Sequence record: NC_048177.1
Strand: one strand, 5' to 3'
DNA length: 42,291 nt
Origin: Escherichia phage Lidtsur
The position numbers were made by a program, and so were the translations under genes. The notes beneath the pieces were generated by a model. It was not told the DNA's origin. It made no database searches and saw nothing but the letters and a program-made list of their open reading frames with translations. Shown here in pieces: positions 24,580 to 34,102 of the stretch. Numbering within the stretch: position 1 is the first letter of the stretch; each line of letters starts with the position of its first letter.

Positions 24580-25128
24580 ATGACTTTACTCGAAGCAGTT
24601 AACATTGTTCTTCGGGCATTGTCGGAGCACACCGTATCCTCGACTGAGATTCGTAACCCGTCCGTAACCCTTGCACTTGACAAGATTAACGTAGCGACGG
24701 AGGAAGTTCTCACCGATGGGTGGTGGTTCAACAATATCCGAATCACCATCCCCCGCGAGGCAGATGGTAGAGTTAAATACCCCGCAGACGCACTGAGCTT
24801 CATCCCCGATGGGTTTGAGTGTATTGTGCGAGGCGGGTATCTTTACAACGCAACGTCGCAAACCTTTGTATTTACAGAGGATGTTAGCGGTGTTGTGACT
24901 TATGACCTTGAGTGGGATGACCTGCCAAGCCCGGTACAGCGCCTCATTGCGTACTCTGCCGCTGGCTCCGCATATGCCGACGACATGGGCGATAACTTGC
25001 CGCAGAGCGTGCAGGTTGGGTTCGCCACTGCGTTGCAGCAATGCCAGTCCATCCACATTCGTCAACGTCGATTTAATGCCCGCCAGCGCAAAGCGTGGTG
25101 GCGCTATGAGAGTGCTCGGAGAGGATAA
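24580..25128 (+). CDS. tail tubular protein A
   Basis: Internal ATG of track ORF after GGAGG; 182 aa; T7 gp11-like position. Confidence 0.7.
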   Translation: MTLLEAVNIVLRALSEHTVSSTEIRNPSVTLALDKINVATEEVLTDGWWFNNIRITIPREADGRVKYPADALSFIPDGFECIVRGGYLYNATSQTFVFTEDVSGVVTYDLEWDDLPSPVQRLIAYSAAGSAYADDMGDNLPQSVQVGFATALQQCQSIHIRQRRFNARQRKAWWRYESARRG

Positions 25129-27572
25129 TGCCAGTCTATCAAGGCTCTTACAAATCCATCCTCGGCGGCGTCAGCCAGCAGGTCTATACTGACCGTCAGC
25201 TATCGCAGGTTGAGGAACAGGTCAACATGACCTCTGATACCGTGCGTGGCCTCCGCAAACGCCCCGGCACCCGCCATAACCGCGACGTAAGCTCGACTAA
25301 CGTTAGCGTGTGGAGCCTTGGGAATTTTGGCCACCTCCGCTTTTACACAACCAACTTAGGCTGGGGCATCACCACGTTCGTAGTCAATACGCTGACTGGT
25401 TATGTCACTGCCATCGTAGAGACTGAAACAGTCCAGTTCATGGGCCAGTCCTCGTATCTTGTTACCTCCAACCCTGACGACATTGTGTTCACGACTGTCG
25501 GCAACACCATGTACGTTGCTAACTGTTCCAAGCTGCCTGTGCTGCTTGAGAACGAGACTCGAATGAATCCCGGTCGCCGGGGTTACTTTTTCGTCTTGGC
25601 TGGTGCATACGGCAAGACCTACTCCGTACGAATCCAGACCAGTGGCGGGGCTTACTCCGCCTCATACAAGACTCCAGAGGCCAACGCCACCAACGCCGCC
25701 ACAGAGTCCACCCCTGAGTACATCATTGGCCAGTTATCCTCTCAGCTTAACAGCCAGATTGGTGGGGCTACCGGGCTTGAGGTGGTGCAAACTGACGGCG
25801 CTTACATGTACCTGCAAATTGATGCAGCACATGGCGACCTCAACGTGTCTACTGGTACAGGCTCCACGTATGCAATAGCGTCGAATACCCACACAGTAGA
25901 CCTCACCACCAAGTTGCCTGCCCGTCTGCCATCTCAGGCTGGTGGATTCATCATGACAGTTGGTGACGCCAGTTTCGCCCAATACTTCCAGTGGAGTTAC
26001 GGAGACTCTCGCTGGATTGAGAAGAGTGCTTATGGCTCGCCGACAGGGATTAACCCAAGCGGTATGCCGCTCGTGTTCAAGACCACCACTACTCAGAACC
26101 AGCATTCGTTTGCACAGGGTACGTGGCCGGGGCGAACCGCTGGAGACGACAACAACAACCCAATCCCAGCATTCACTGATGCCAATGGCGTCGGGATTAC
26201 TGGGCTGGCGTCGTTCCAAGGCCGCCTGATTATCTTCTCCGGGCCGTACATCTGCATGGGTTCCAGCAATAAGGATGACCGTCAGAACTTCTTCCGCACC
26301 ACTGTTACGCAGGTGCTGGACGACGACCGTATTGAGTTCACTGCATCCAGCTTCGCCGGGGCATCGTTCCGGTATGGGGTGCCGTTCAACTCTGACCTGA
26401 TTCTGGCGAGTGAGGAACACCAAGCGGTAATCCCCGGACGCAACCAGATTCTGACGCCGAACAACGCCACCGCAGTGCTGACTTCGACGTATCAGATGGA
26501 CACTGGAGTAGCGCCTACTACCTCTGGCCGCAGCCTGTATTACTCGTACCCGCGCTCCAATAGCTCGTTCTCCGTGAAAGAGATGGTGCCGTCTGGCTAC
26601 ACCGACTTGCAGTATGTGAGTCAGGATGTGACAGACCACCTGCCGACCTATCTGGAGGGTGCGAACAGCTACATCTCTGCCAGCACCACGAACAACATTG
26701 TTGTGTTCGGCTCCAACTCTGAGCGGTCTACTCTGTACATCAACGAGTACCTGTGGTCTGGTGATGAGAAGGTGCTGTCTTCTTGGCATCGCTGGGAAGT
26801 GTATGGCACTATCCATGCTGCATGGTTCGTGCGCGAGGTGCTGGTGATGCTGGTCGAGCAGAATGGACACATGAACATGCTCACGCTGTCCATGCGAGAT
26901 TCCCCTGACCCGACCGACCCGGCGCGATTCCTGCCCGCTGTTGACTATGCTCAACTGATGACAGTAACCAACCCGGCCACTGATACCTCATACATCCAGT
27001 TCGCTGCTGATGGGGTGCAGAAAGCGCTGTGGGATATCATTGCCTCCCGGTACACGGCTGATGGAAATACTGATTTCCTCACAACTGTGGTGCCATCCGG
27101 CAGCTACATCGGTGCTGAGGTGGGCGTGCTGTCTGTGGACACTACCAATCGCCGACTGTACTTGCAGCCATCTTACGGCAGCACATCGCTGTATGTTGGG
27201 CTTCGGTTCACTGCGACGTTCAGCCCGACGCCACCACGAGTGTTCAACCAAGACGGCTCGTACATGGATGTGAACAAGATGATTATCATGGACTACAACT
27301 TCACGTTGCGGTACACCAGCTTGTTCAACATCACAGCCAGTGACCGGGGAGCGTACTCTGCGCTCAACATCATCTCCAGCCCGATTCGGTACACGAGTCA
27401 GGAGCTTGGCCTTGAGTCTGCTATGCTGGCGAAGCGTGCGCACCTGAAAGTCCGTATGGGCCTTGAGGTCGAGTCGAGCAGCATGGTTGTCACATCGAAC
27501 ACGGCAGGCGACCTGAACATTCAGGGTTTGGGTTACTACATCAAGTTCTACAATCGCACTCGGAGAATCTAA
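25128..27572 (+). CDS. tail tubular protein B
   Basis: 814 aa ORF overlapping upstream stop (TAATG); T7 gp12-like size and position. Confidence 0.75.
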   Translation: MPVYQGSYKSILGGVSQQVYTDRQLSQVEEQVNMTSDTVRGLRKRPGTRHNRDVSSTNVSVWSLGNFGHLRFYTTNLGWGITTFVVNTLTGYVTAIVETETVQFMGQSSYLVTSNPDDIVFTTVGNTMYVANCSKLPVLLENETRMNPGRRGYFFVLAGAYGKTYSVRIQTSGGAYSASYKTPEANATNAATESTPEYIIGQLSSQLNSQIGGATGLEVVQTDGAYMYLQIDAAHGDLNVSTGTGSTYAIASNTHTVDLTTKLPARLPSQAGGFIMTVGDASFAQYFQWSYGDSRWIEKSAYGSPTGINPSGMPLVFKTTTTQNQHSFAQGTWPGRTAGDDNNNPIPAFTDANGVGITGLASFQGRLIIFSGPYICMGSSNKDDRQNFFRTTVTQVLDDDRIEFTASSFAGASFRYGVPFNSDLILASEEHQAVIPGRNQILTPNNATAVLTSTYQMDTGVAPTTSGRSLYYSYPRSNSSFSVKEMVPSGYTDLQYVSQDVTDHLPTYLEGANSYISASTTNNIVVFGSNSERSTLYINEYLWSGDEKVLSSWHRWEVYGTIHAAWFVREVLVMLVEQNGHMNMLTLSMRDSPDPTDPARFLPAVDYAQLMTVTNPATDTSYIQFAADGVQKALWDIIASRYTADGNTDFLTTVVPSGSYIGAEVGVLSVDTTNRRLYLQPSYGSTSLYVGLRFTATFSPTPPRVFNQDGSYMDVNKMIIMDYNFTLRYTSLFNITASDRGAYSALNIISSPIRYTSQELGLESAMLAKRAHLKVRMGLEVESSSMVVTSNTAGDLNIQGLGYYIKFYNRTRRI

Positions 27573-27573
27573 T

Positions 27574-28302
27574 ATGGGTTGGGCAGTCTTCGCCAAAGCT
27601 GGCGCTGATGCGACTAACTCGTTCATTACCACGTATGCTCAGGGACGGGCTGAGCGTGCTCAGATGAAAGCTGTGCAAGCTGAGAATGAGCGCCTCAACA
27701 AGCAGACGTGGCAGGCAATGGGACAACGCATCAACACCGTCAATTTACAACGCGGCCTACTCCGGCAGCAGACTGGCACCGACCTGTATAACATTGGCAA
27801 GGAAGCCAACCGAGCCGCTGGCGCAAGCATCAACAACGCGGCAGCGGCAGGTATCGAGGGTGCGTCTGTGGACGAAGCCGTTCAGGATATCAGCCGTCAG
27901 AATCAGGAAAGCCAAGCAGCTACCCGCTTCAACGAGCAGATTCAGGAAATGAACCTCGACACCAGTATTCAGGATATCGTCAGCACTGCCGTGGCAGCTC
28001 AGCGGTACTCGCAGAAGCCAGCCAGCAATAGCCAGATTCTTGGCCGCGCTATTGGCGTATCCAGTATGCAGTTCCTGTCGAGCCTTGCTCAGACCAGCTT
28101 CGACTATATGCCGACTGAGGGAGCTAAGGGTACGGGTACTCAAGGCGGTTCCGGGGCTACAGCATCGACATTCTCCAATCTTGGTTCGAGCTATAGCACC
28201 ACCAATTGGATGCAGAAAGCTGGGGAGTTCGACCCGGTTCCTGCTCAGTACAGTTCTAATCGCTACACGGGCTACAGCTCCGGTAGCTTCTATGGGGGCT
28301 AA
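27574..28302 (+). CDS. internal virion protein A
   Basis: 242 aa; first of three consecutive ORFs between tail tubular B and tail fibre. Confidence 0.55.
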   Translation: MGWAVFAKAGADATNSFITTYAQGRAERAQMKAVQAENERLNKQTWQAMGQRINTVNLQRGLLRQQTGTDLYNIGKEANRAAGASINNAAAAGIEGASVDEAVQDISRQNQESQAATRFNEQIQEMNLDTSIQDIVSTAVAAQRYSQKPASNSQILGRAIGVSSMQFLSSLAQTSFDYMPTEGAKGTGTQGGSGATASTFSNLGSSYSTTNWMQKAGEFDPVPAQYSSNRYTGYSSGSFYGG

Positions 28303-28304
28303 TC

Positions 28305-31001
28305 ATGCCAATTATGCGTGACCAGCGTGGCGCTAACCTCAACGCTGCGCAACAGGGCGTACCGAATGTGCAGCAGGCTCAGACTCCGTTTAGTCTCGCA
28401 GGCCGCGACACAAGCATCGATACGTTCCCTACAGAATCCATCTCCCGCATCATGAACATGGCCAGCCAGTTGGCTGGTCGTGTCACTGAGCGTGCGGTGG
28501 AAGAAGAGTATTTGAAAGGTGCTAACGCGGCTGCTTCCGGCCAAGCAGTGGAGGATTTGGACTCCAACTGGTTGACAGCCGAGTTTCACAAGGCTGGTTA
28601 CAATGACCAGTACAAGCGTATGCAGATGGCCAACGTAGCCTCTGAAATCTCAGCCAACATGACTGAGTACGCTAAGATGAATCCGCAGGACTTCCTGAAA
28701 GTCATCGACCAGAAGACCACAGGGTTGTTCGACAATACTGATGGCATGACGCTCAAAGGGCGTCAGGCTCTGTTAGAGAACCAACTGACATTCAGCAATA
28801 CGCTGATTCGCACGCAGGCTGCACAGCACGGTAAGTACCTTGTCGAGCAGCGTGCATCAATGTACAACTCGCAGGGTAACACCCTCGTTACTCTGGCGGC
28901 TCAAGCCAAAGCATCCGGCGACGGTGGCGCGTACGCGAACGCTACGGCTGCTACGCTGGCATGGGCCAAGTCCATCATGGCTGACGACAAGCTGCCACTG
29001 GACGTGCGCCAGAAGCAGGTCACGTCGATGATGAGCAACATGCTCTCGCAAGACCTGCGCACCCCGGTAGAGACTGCTGTTAACTCCGGTCTGTTCAACG
29101 ATTTGCCTGCTGATGATTTGGCCAAATTACAGGGCCAGATTCGTGAGTCAAAGAACCGCACTGAGGTGCAGGACAACATGGGTCTGCTGGAGCAGTATGG
29201 CCAGCTCAATGCTCGTCAGGCTGTGTTCGGTGACGTTGACCCTAAGACTTACAGCAGCATCCTCCAGCAGCTCGCCGACAAGAAGCTAATCTCTGCATCT
29301 GGCTACAGCTCTGCTATCGAGGGTTATTACAAAGACTACGAGAAGCAAGCCAAGACCAGCCAGCTCGGTCAGGCTTATGCCACCGGGAACCAGACGTACA
29401 TGTTGCAGAAGGGCGCGAGCGAGCAAGACGGTGCCGACGCATTCATCAAAGCTCGAATGAAGCAGCCGGGGGCAACAGCAAGCTCCGTGGCGTTCGACCT
29501 GCTACAGATTGGTGCGCAGACTGGCTTCCCTACTGCGTACAAATCCGCAGCCAAACTGCTGGAGCCATCGCTGTCTAACTTCGGCACCGTCGAGCAGATG
29601 AACCCTGACGCAGCTCAGTCCATCACTGGTATGATTGACCGCATCACTGTGGCCGAGAATCAGGGTGACAAGACTGCGTGGACTAAACTGCTGTCTGGTC
29701 TGTCGGAAGAGAACCAAGAAAAGATGGTCTACATGCGCGAGCAGATTAAGGCTGGCAAGACCATTGACCAAGCAGGGCAGGGCTACATCAAGCAGCAGGA
29801 AGCGTATGCTGGGCTGACCCCTGCACAGAAGTCTCAGGTGCTGACTCAGCGCCAGAAAGACGTGAACAGCGCAGTCCAAGAGATGGACTCTATGGGCTGG
29901 TGGTCGCGCACAGGTCTGGCTATCGCTGGTATTTTCAGTGATGACGCACGCAACGAGTATATGGCTCGCGTGTCTGCCGGGGATGTGAGCGCACATGACC
30001 AGCTTGCAGAGGTGCAGGCTGCGTACAAAGAAGAGTTACAGGCTGTTCTGCTGAATAGCCCGAACCTCAGCGTGGAAGGTATGAAGAGCCGCGCCGCCGC
30101 TAACTTGGCGAACCGAGTTCTTCGTGTGGGTGAATCCACATTCAGCGCTGGACAAGTTCTGATTGCGCCGCGTGGTCGCACTGTACAGAGCATGTTGGGG
30201 CTTGACCCGAACGTTGCGCCTGACCGTGTGGGACGCGCCATCGCAGAGCTTGACCAGACGAAGCCACCAGAAGGGTACTCGCCAATCTACCAGTTCTATC
30301 CTGACGGTAGCTTGGGTGTTACCTTTTCCAATAAAGACGGCATTGCTACTGGCGAGATTCGTAAAATCTCTCCGCAGGTTATTCAGGAGCGCATCCGTGA
30401 GGATGACCGTGCTGCGGCTACAGCCAACAATGAAGTCTATGGCGATGGGAAACTCTTCGTAGACAGTTCGAGCAACATCGGTATTCGCGTTAACGGTATG
30501 AACACCGCTGGCGTTGAAGAAAGTTATATGCTGCAAGCTCGCGGCAAGCTCATTGAGTTCGAGGGTATCCGCAACCAGACGTATCGTGACAGCCATGGTG
30601 TAGAAACCAATGGCGTAGGCATCTCTAACCGTAGCCCGTACTTCGCAGAAGGTCAGGCTGCCGGGATGCGCGGCGGTACAGAATGGTCTGCGAGAACTAT
30701 CCACGATACGTTCGTGAACCATACCAACATGGTCGCCCGTCAAATGCCCGGTCAGGCATCTGCTTTGGGGTGGAGTCGTGATAACGACGCCCAGTTCCAA
30801 TTCATGATGCAGATGGGTTATCAGGCTGGCTCTGATTGGTATCGTTCTCCGGGCGCGTACAGTAAGCTCGCTGATGCCATCCGGCTCGGCGAACGTGAGC
30901 AAGCAGTGCAGGCACTGGCAGAGACGCCAGCGTTTAAGCTCTCTCAAGACGACCGTAAGCGGTACTACATCCAAACACTACTCGCAGGTATGCAGGAATG
31001 A
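28305..31001 (+). CDS. internal virion protein B
   Basis: 898 aa, same length as I recall for phiKMV gp36; position; no domain verified. Confidence 0.6.
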   Translation: MPIMRDQRGANLNAAQQGVPNVQQAQTPFSLAGRDTSIDTFPTESISRIMNMASQLAGRVTERAVEEEYLKGANAAASGQAVEDLDSNWLTAEFHKAGYNDQYKRMQMANVASEISANMTEYAKMNPQDFLKVIDQKTTGLFDNTDGMTLKGRQALLENQLTFSNTLIRTQAAQHGKYLVEQRASMYNSQGNTLVTLAAQAKASGDGGAYANATAATLAWAKSIMADDKLPLDVRQKQVTSMMSNMLSQDLRTPVETAVNSGLFNDLPADDLAKLQGQIRESKNRTEVQDNMGLLEQYGQLNARQAVFGDVDPKTYSSILQQLADKKLISASGYSSAIEGYYKDYEKQAKTSQLGQAYATGNQTYMLQKGASEQDGADAFIKARMKQPGATASSVAFDLLQIGAQTGFPTAYKSAAKLLEPSLSNFGTVEQMNPDAAQSITGMIDRITVAENQGDKTAWTKLLSGLSEENQEKMVYMREQIKAGKTIDQAGQGYIKQQEAYAGLTPAQKSQVLTQRQKDVNSAVQEMDSMGWWSRTGLAIAGIFSDDARNEYMARVSAGDVSAHDQLAEVQAAYKEELQAVLLNSPNLSVEGMKSRAAANLANRVLRVGESTFSAGQVLIAPRGRTVQSMLGLDPNVAPDRVGRAIAELDQTKPPEGYSPIYQFYPDGSLGVTFSNKDGIATGEIRKISPQVIQERIREDDRAAATANNEVYGDGKLFVDSSSNIGIRVNGMNTAGVEESYMLQARGKLIEFEGIRNQTYRDSHGVETNGVGISNRSPYFAEGQAAGMRGGTEWSARTIHDTFVNHTNMVARQMPGQASALGWSRDNDAQFQFMMQMGYQAGSDWYRSPGAYSKLADAIRLGEREQAVQALAETPAFKLSQDDRKRYYIQTLLAGMQE

Positions 31002-34000
31002 TTACTCAAGAATCGCTCGACAAGTTCATGGCTCCCAAGCAGGGGGCCAATGCCCCCACGCTGGTGATTCCGGCTCCGGTGCAGGCTGAGACTCTCAGCA
31101 CCCCACTGCAAGAGGCTACCCGTCAGGGGGCCATCGAGCAGTTTGAAAGAATGCAGGAACTGGAAGCGACGCCAATGTCAACGGCACTGAGCGCTTCTGT
31201 TAAGAACTGGGATACGACTCAGCTATTTGATGCTGCAATCAACAAGCCCACATTCCAAGTAGACCCGAACTTCAAGCCCAACGAGGCTTTACAGAATGTC
31301 CAGTTCCCAGTTACTGAGGATGACCGGACGTTCCTGTTCAAGTCCAAATCTATGGACGAGTTTAACTGGAGGACTCAGCAGTTGCAGGAGATGCGCGACC
31401 GCAGTGAGCTGGCTCGTACAGCTCCTGTCATGAACGCTGTCGTGCAATTCGCTGACCCTCTATATCTCGCCACTGACCTGCTCTCTATGGGAGCAGGCAC
31501 TGCCCTGAAACTTGGCCGAATCGGAACCGCAGCCATTGGCGCGGCCACCACTGCTGCGACTATGGCGACAGTGGGTAGCGAGGCTCGCCCGGTATCGGAC
31601 AACGAGATTATCTTCGCTGCTGCACTGCATGGTGCTGCTACTGCCGCTGTGTTCAAGCCAGCCAAAGCAGAGCGCTCACTGGCTGACATGTCGCCGGAAG
31701 AGTTCGCAGCAGAGATGCAGCGCCGCAACGGTATTGACCCTAACAACCCACCGCAGTTCGACCCGAACAATGCCATGTCTCCATTGGCAATGTCGCTCGG
31801 TGTCGGGCCTCGTGGAGCAGTGGTGACTGATGAAGTGCCAGCCGCTATCCGTGACGCTGCCCAGCGCGGCCTTGACCTTGCCCGCCGTGGTGAGCAGACG
31901 AACCCGAAACGTCCGTGGCTTGAGTGGTCACTGTACAAGACGTTCTCTGGTCACTCTGAGGACTCCAAAGCTCTGGCAGACCGACTGCTTGATGACCCGC
32001 TTAATCCTAACGCTACGTCTGCCGCAGCTATCCAGCGCGAGACTCAGGCTCGGTTCGGCGTGCTGCTCAACCAGTACGAAGACACCCTGCGTGTGTCACT
32101 CGCCAATCAGGGATGGGGCAACTTGCGTCGCTTCTATGACCCGGTGGGCTACCGCCGTGCTCAGCAGGAGTTCGAGTCTGCCGTTCGTATGGAACTCGAC
32201 AAGCGCATGATTGACCCTAACTTCCGTGGCGCTAACACTGACGTGGCCAACGCTGTTGACCGACTGGGTGAATACTCTCGTGCTGTCGGTAAAGAGCTGG
32301 AGCGCAAAGGTATGGTTGAACCGGGCTTCGTTGAGAAGAACCCGTATTACTATCCGCGCCGCATGAACGTAGCCAAAGTCGAGGAAGCTGAGCGCCTGCT
32401 CGGTAAGAAAGCGTTCATGAAGCAGATGACTACAGCAGTGCAGCGTGGCCTCAGCTCTGACCGCCCGACTGCCAACGTCATCGCCCATGCGATGGTTGAG
32501 CGTGCTCGGCGCAAAGGCTACGGTATCGACAACTCAGGTCACATCATCAACAAGGAGGGCCGTGATGAGCTGCTCGAAATTATCAACAACGCGAAGGGTT
32601 TCGATGAGGCTGCCAAGGCCCGTGCATCCGCATTGCTTCGTCCCGCTGGCGAGGACGCTGGCCGACCGTCGATGCTCAAGGCTCGTATCAACATTGACAT
32701 GATGCACCAGCTTGGCCCTAACTTGCAGGTGCGCGACCTGTTCGATGACAGCATCACCAGTATGATGGACAGCTACAACCGCCGCATTACCGGGCGACTG
32801 GCTCTGCATGAGGCTGGGTTGGGTACTGACGCTGAACGTGCGGCTGCTCGTGAGGCTCTGGCCAAATCTATTGCTGACGGCACTAAGCGCCGGGAAGCAT
32901 TACAGCAGTACGACAACATCGTCAACTATTACATGGGTGCGCCTGTTGGTGAAGAGATGCCGCAGTTCATGCGCCAGCTCTCTGCACTGACTCAGGCTAC
33001 TGGTCTGGCTGCATCCGGCCTGTGGCAGCTCGTGGAGTATGGTACGATGATGCAGAGGTTCGGTGCCATGAACACGTTCAAGGCCATGCTGCGTACGCTG
33101 CCGGAGGCTCGTGCACTTCTTAAACAGATGAAGGTATCTGCTAAGGATGGACGGCAATTGGCTCTGGACACAGAGGAAGCACTGACCGCTGCCGTGGCTG
33201 GTGATATCCGTATGCGCCCAATCTTGCAGCACTACGATGATATGTTCTCTGCTGACAAGTCTCCGTGGGTTATGCGCCTTGAGCACGCCCGTGACGCCAC
33301 CATGTTCATCAACATGCAGAAGTACATCCACTTCCACCAGACCCGCACCAATGCGGCGCTGGTAATGCAGACACTGCGCAAGGCTGCTGAGGGTGATGCC
33401 AAGGCTATCGCTGCCATGAAGACCTACGGTGCCAACGATGCACTGCTGGCTGATGTGCGCAAAGAGGTGGCCAAGTCCGGCACCAAGCCTGAGTCTTGGG
33501 ATGAGGGTGTATTCAACCGTACCCGTACTGTGATGATGAATGCTATGGACGATGCCATTGTACGCGCCCGCGTAGGCGAGCTGCCTGCATTCGCTGAGTT
33601 CAGTACACTCGGTAAGTTCCTGTTCACGTTCCGCCGCTTTGTGGCAGCGACGCATAACAAGACACTGGTTGGTACATGGAATCGTGATGGTGCTCGTGGT
33701 ATGGCCACACTTATGGCGTATCAGTTCCCACTGGCTATGATGGCTACGGCTGCGAATAACGTAATCTCTGGTAAGGCTTTCAAAGACCCTACCACGATGA
33801 CTCCGGGTAAACTGGCTGGCCAAGCCCTGAACTACATCGGTGCAATCGGCTTTGCATCCGAGTTCACTGGTGTCCTGACTGGGCAGCAGCGCAGCTTCGG
33901 TGCACCGGGCCTGTTGTTCCTTGACCGCATGTACGGCGTTGCTGGCGCAACCACTGGTGCTGCTGGTAATCTCCTGACCGGAGATACTGACCAAGCGGTT

Positions 34001-34102
34001 AACGATGCGCGTAGAGCGGCTGGTAACATCATTCAAGCACTTCCTCTCATCTCCATTGTGCCGGGTGTCCGTGCACTCAATGAAGCAGTTAAGGGCGAAT
34101 AA
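30998..34102 (+). CDS. internal virion protein C (ejectosome component)
   Basis: 1034 aa ORF overlapping upstream stop (ATGA); T7 gp16-like position. Confidence 0.6.
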   Translation: MITQESLDKFMAPKQGANAPTLVIPAPVQAETLSTPLQEATRQGAIEQFERMQELEATPMSTALSASVKNWDTTQLFDAAINKPTFQVDPNFKPNEALQNVQFPVTEDDRTFLFKSKSMDEFNWRTQQLQEMRDRSELARTAPVMNAVVQFADPLYLATDLLSMGAGTALKLGRIGTAAIGAATTAATMATVGSEARPVSDNEIIFAAALHGAATAAVFKPAKAERSLADMSPEEFAAEMQRRNGIDPNNPPQFDPNNAMSPLAMSLGVGPRGAVVTDEVPAAIRDAAQRGLDLARRGEQTNPKRPWLEWSLYKTFSGHSEDSKALADRLLDDPLNPNATSAAAIQRETQARFGVLLNQYEDTLRVSLANQGWGNLRRFYDPVGYRRAQQEFESAVRMELDKRMIDPNFRGANTDVANAVDRLGEYSRAVGKELERKGMVEPGFVEKNPYYYPRRMNVAKVEEAERLLGKKAFMKQMTTAVQRGLSSDRPTANVIAHAMVERARRKGYGIDNSGHIINKEGRDELLEIINNAKGFDEAAKARASALLRPAGEDAGRPSMLKARINIDMMHQLGPNLQVRDLFDDSITSMMDSYNRRITGRLALHEAGLGTDAERAAAREALAKSIADGTKRREALQQYDNIVNYYMGAPVGEEMPQFMRQLSALTQATGLAASGLWQLVEYGTMMQRFGAMNTFKAMLRTLPEARALLKQMKVSAKDGRQLALDTEEALTAAVAGDIRMRPILQHYDDMFSADKSPWVMRLEHARDATMFINMQKYIHFHQTRTNAALVMQTLRKAAEGDAKAIAAMKTYGANDALLADVRKEVAKSGTKPESWDEGVFNRTRTVMMNAMDDAIVRARVGELPAFAEFSTLGKFLFTFRRFVAATHNKTLVGTWNRDGARGMATLMAYQFPLAMMATAANNVISGKAFKDPTTMTPGKLAGQALNYIGAIGFASEFTGVLTGQQRSFGAPGLLFLDRMYGVAGATTGAAGNLLTGDTDQAVNDARRAAGNIIQALPLISIVPGVRALNEAVKGE

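Noticed and set aside
25734-26954. 406-aa minus-strand ORF antisense to tail tubular protein B
   Set aside because: Same reasoning; Arg/His-rich low-complexity translation typical of antisense reading of a GC-rich gene.
30036-30974. 312-aa minus-strand ORF antisense to internal virion protein B
   Set aside because: Antisense to a long + strand gene; no start context; no motifs.
32900-34036. 378-aa minus-strand ORF antisense to internal virion protein C
   Set aside because: Antisense artefact; the whole genome otherwise codes on one strand.
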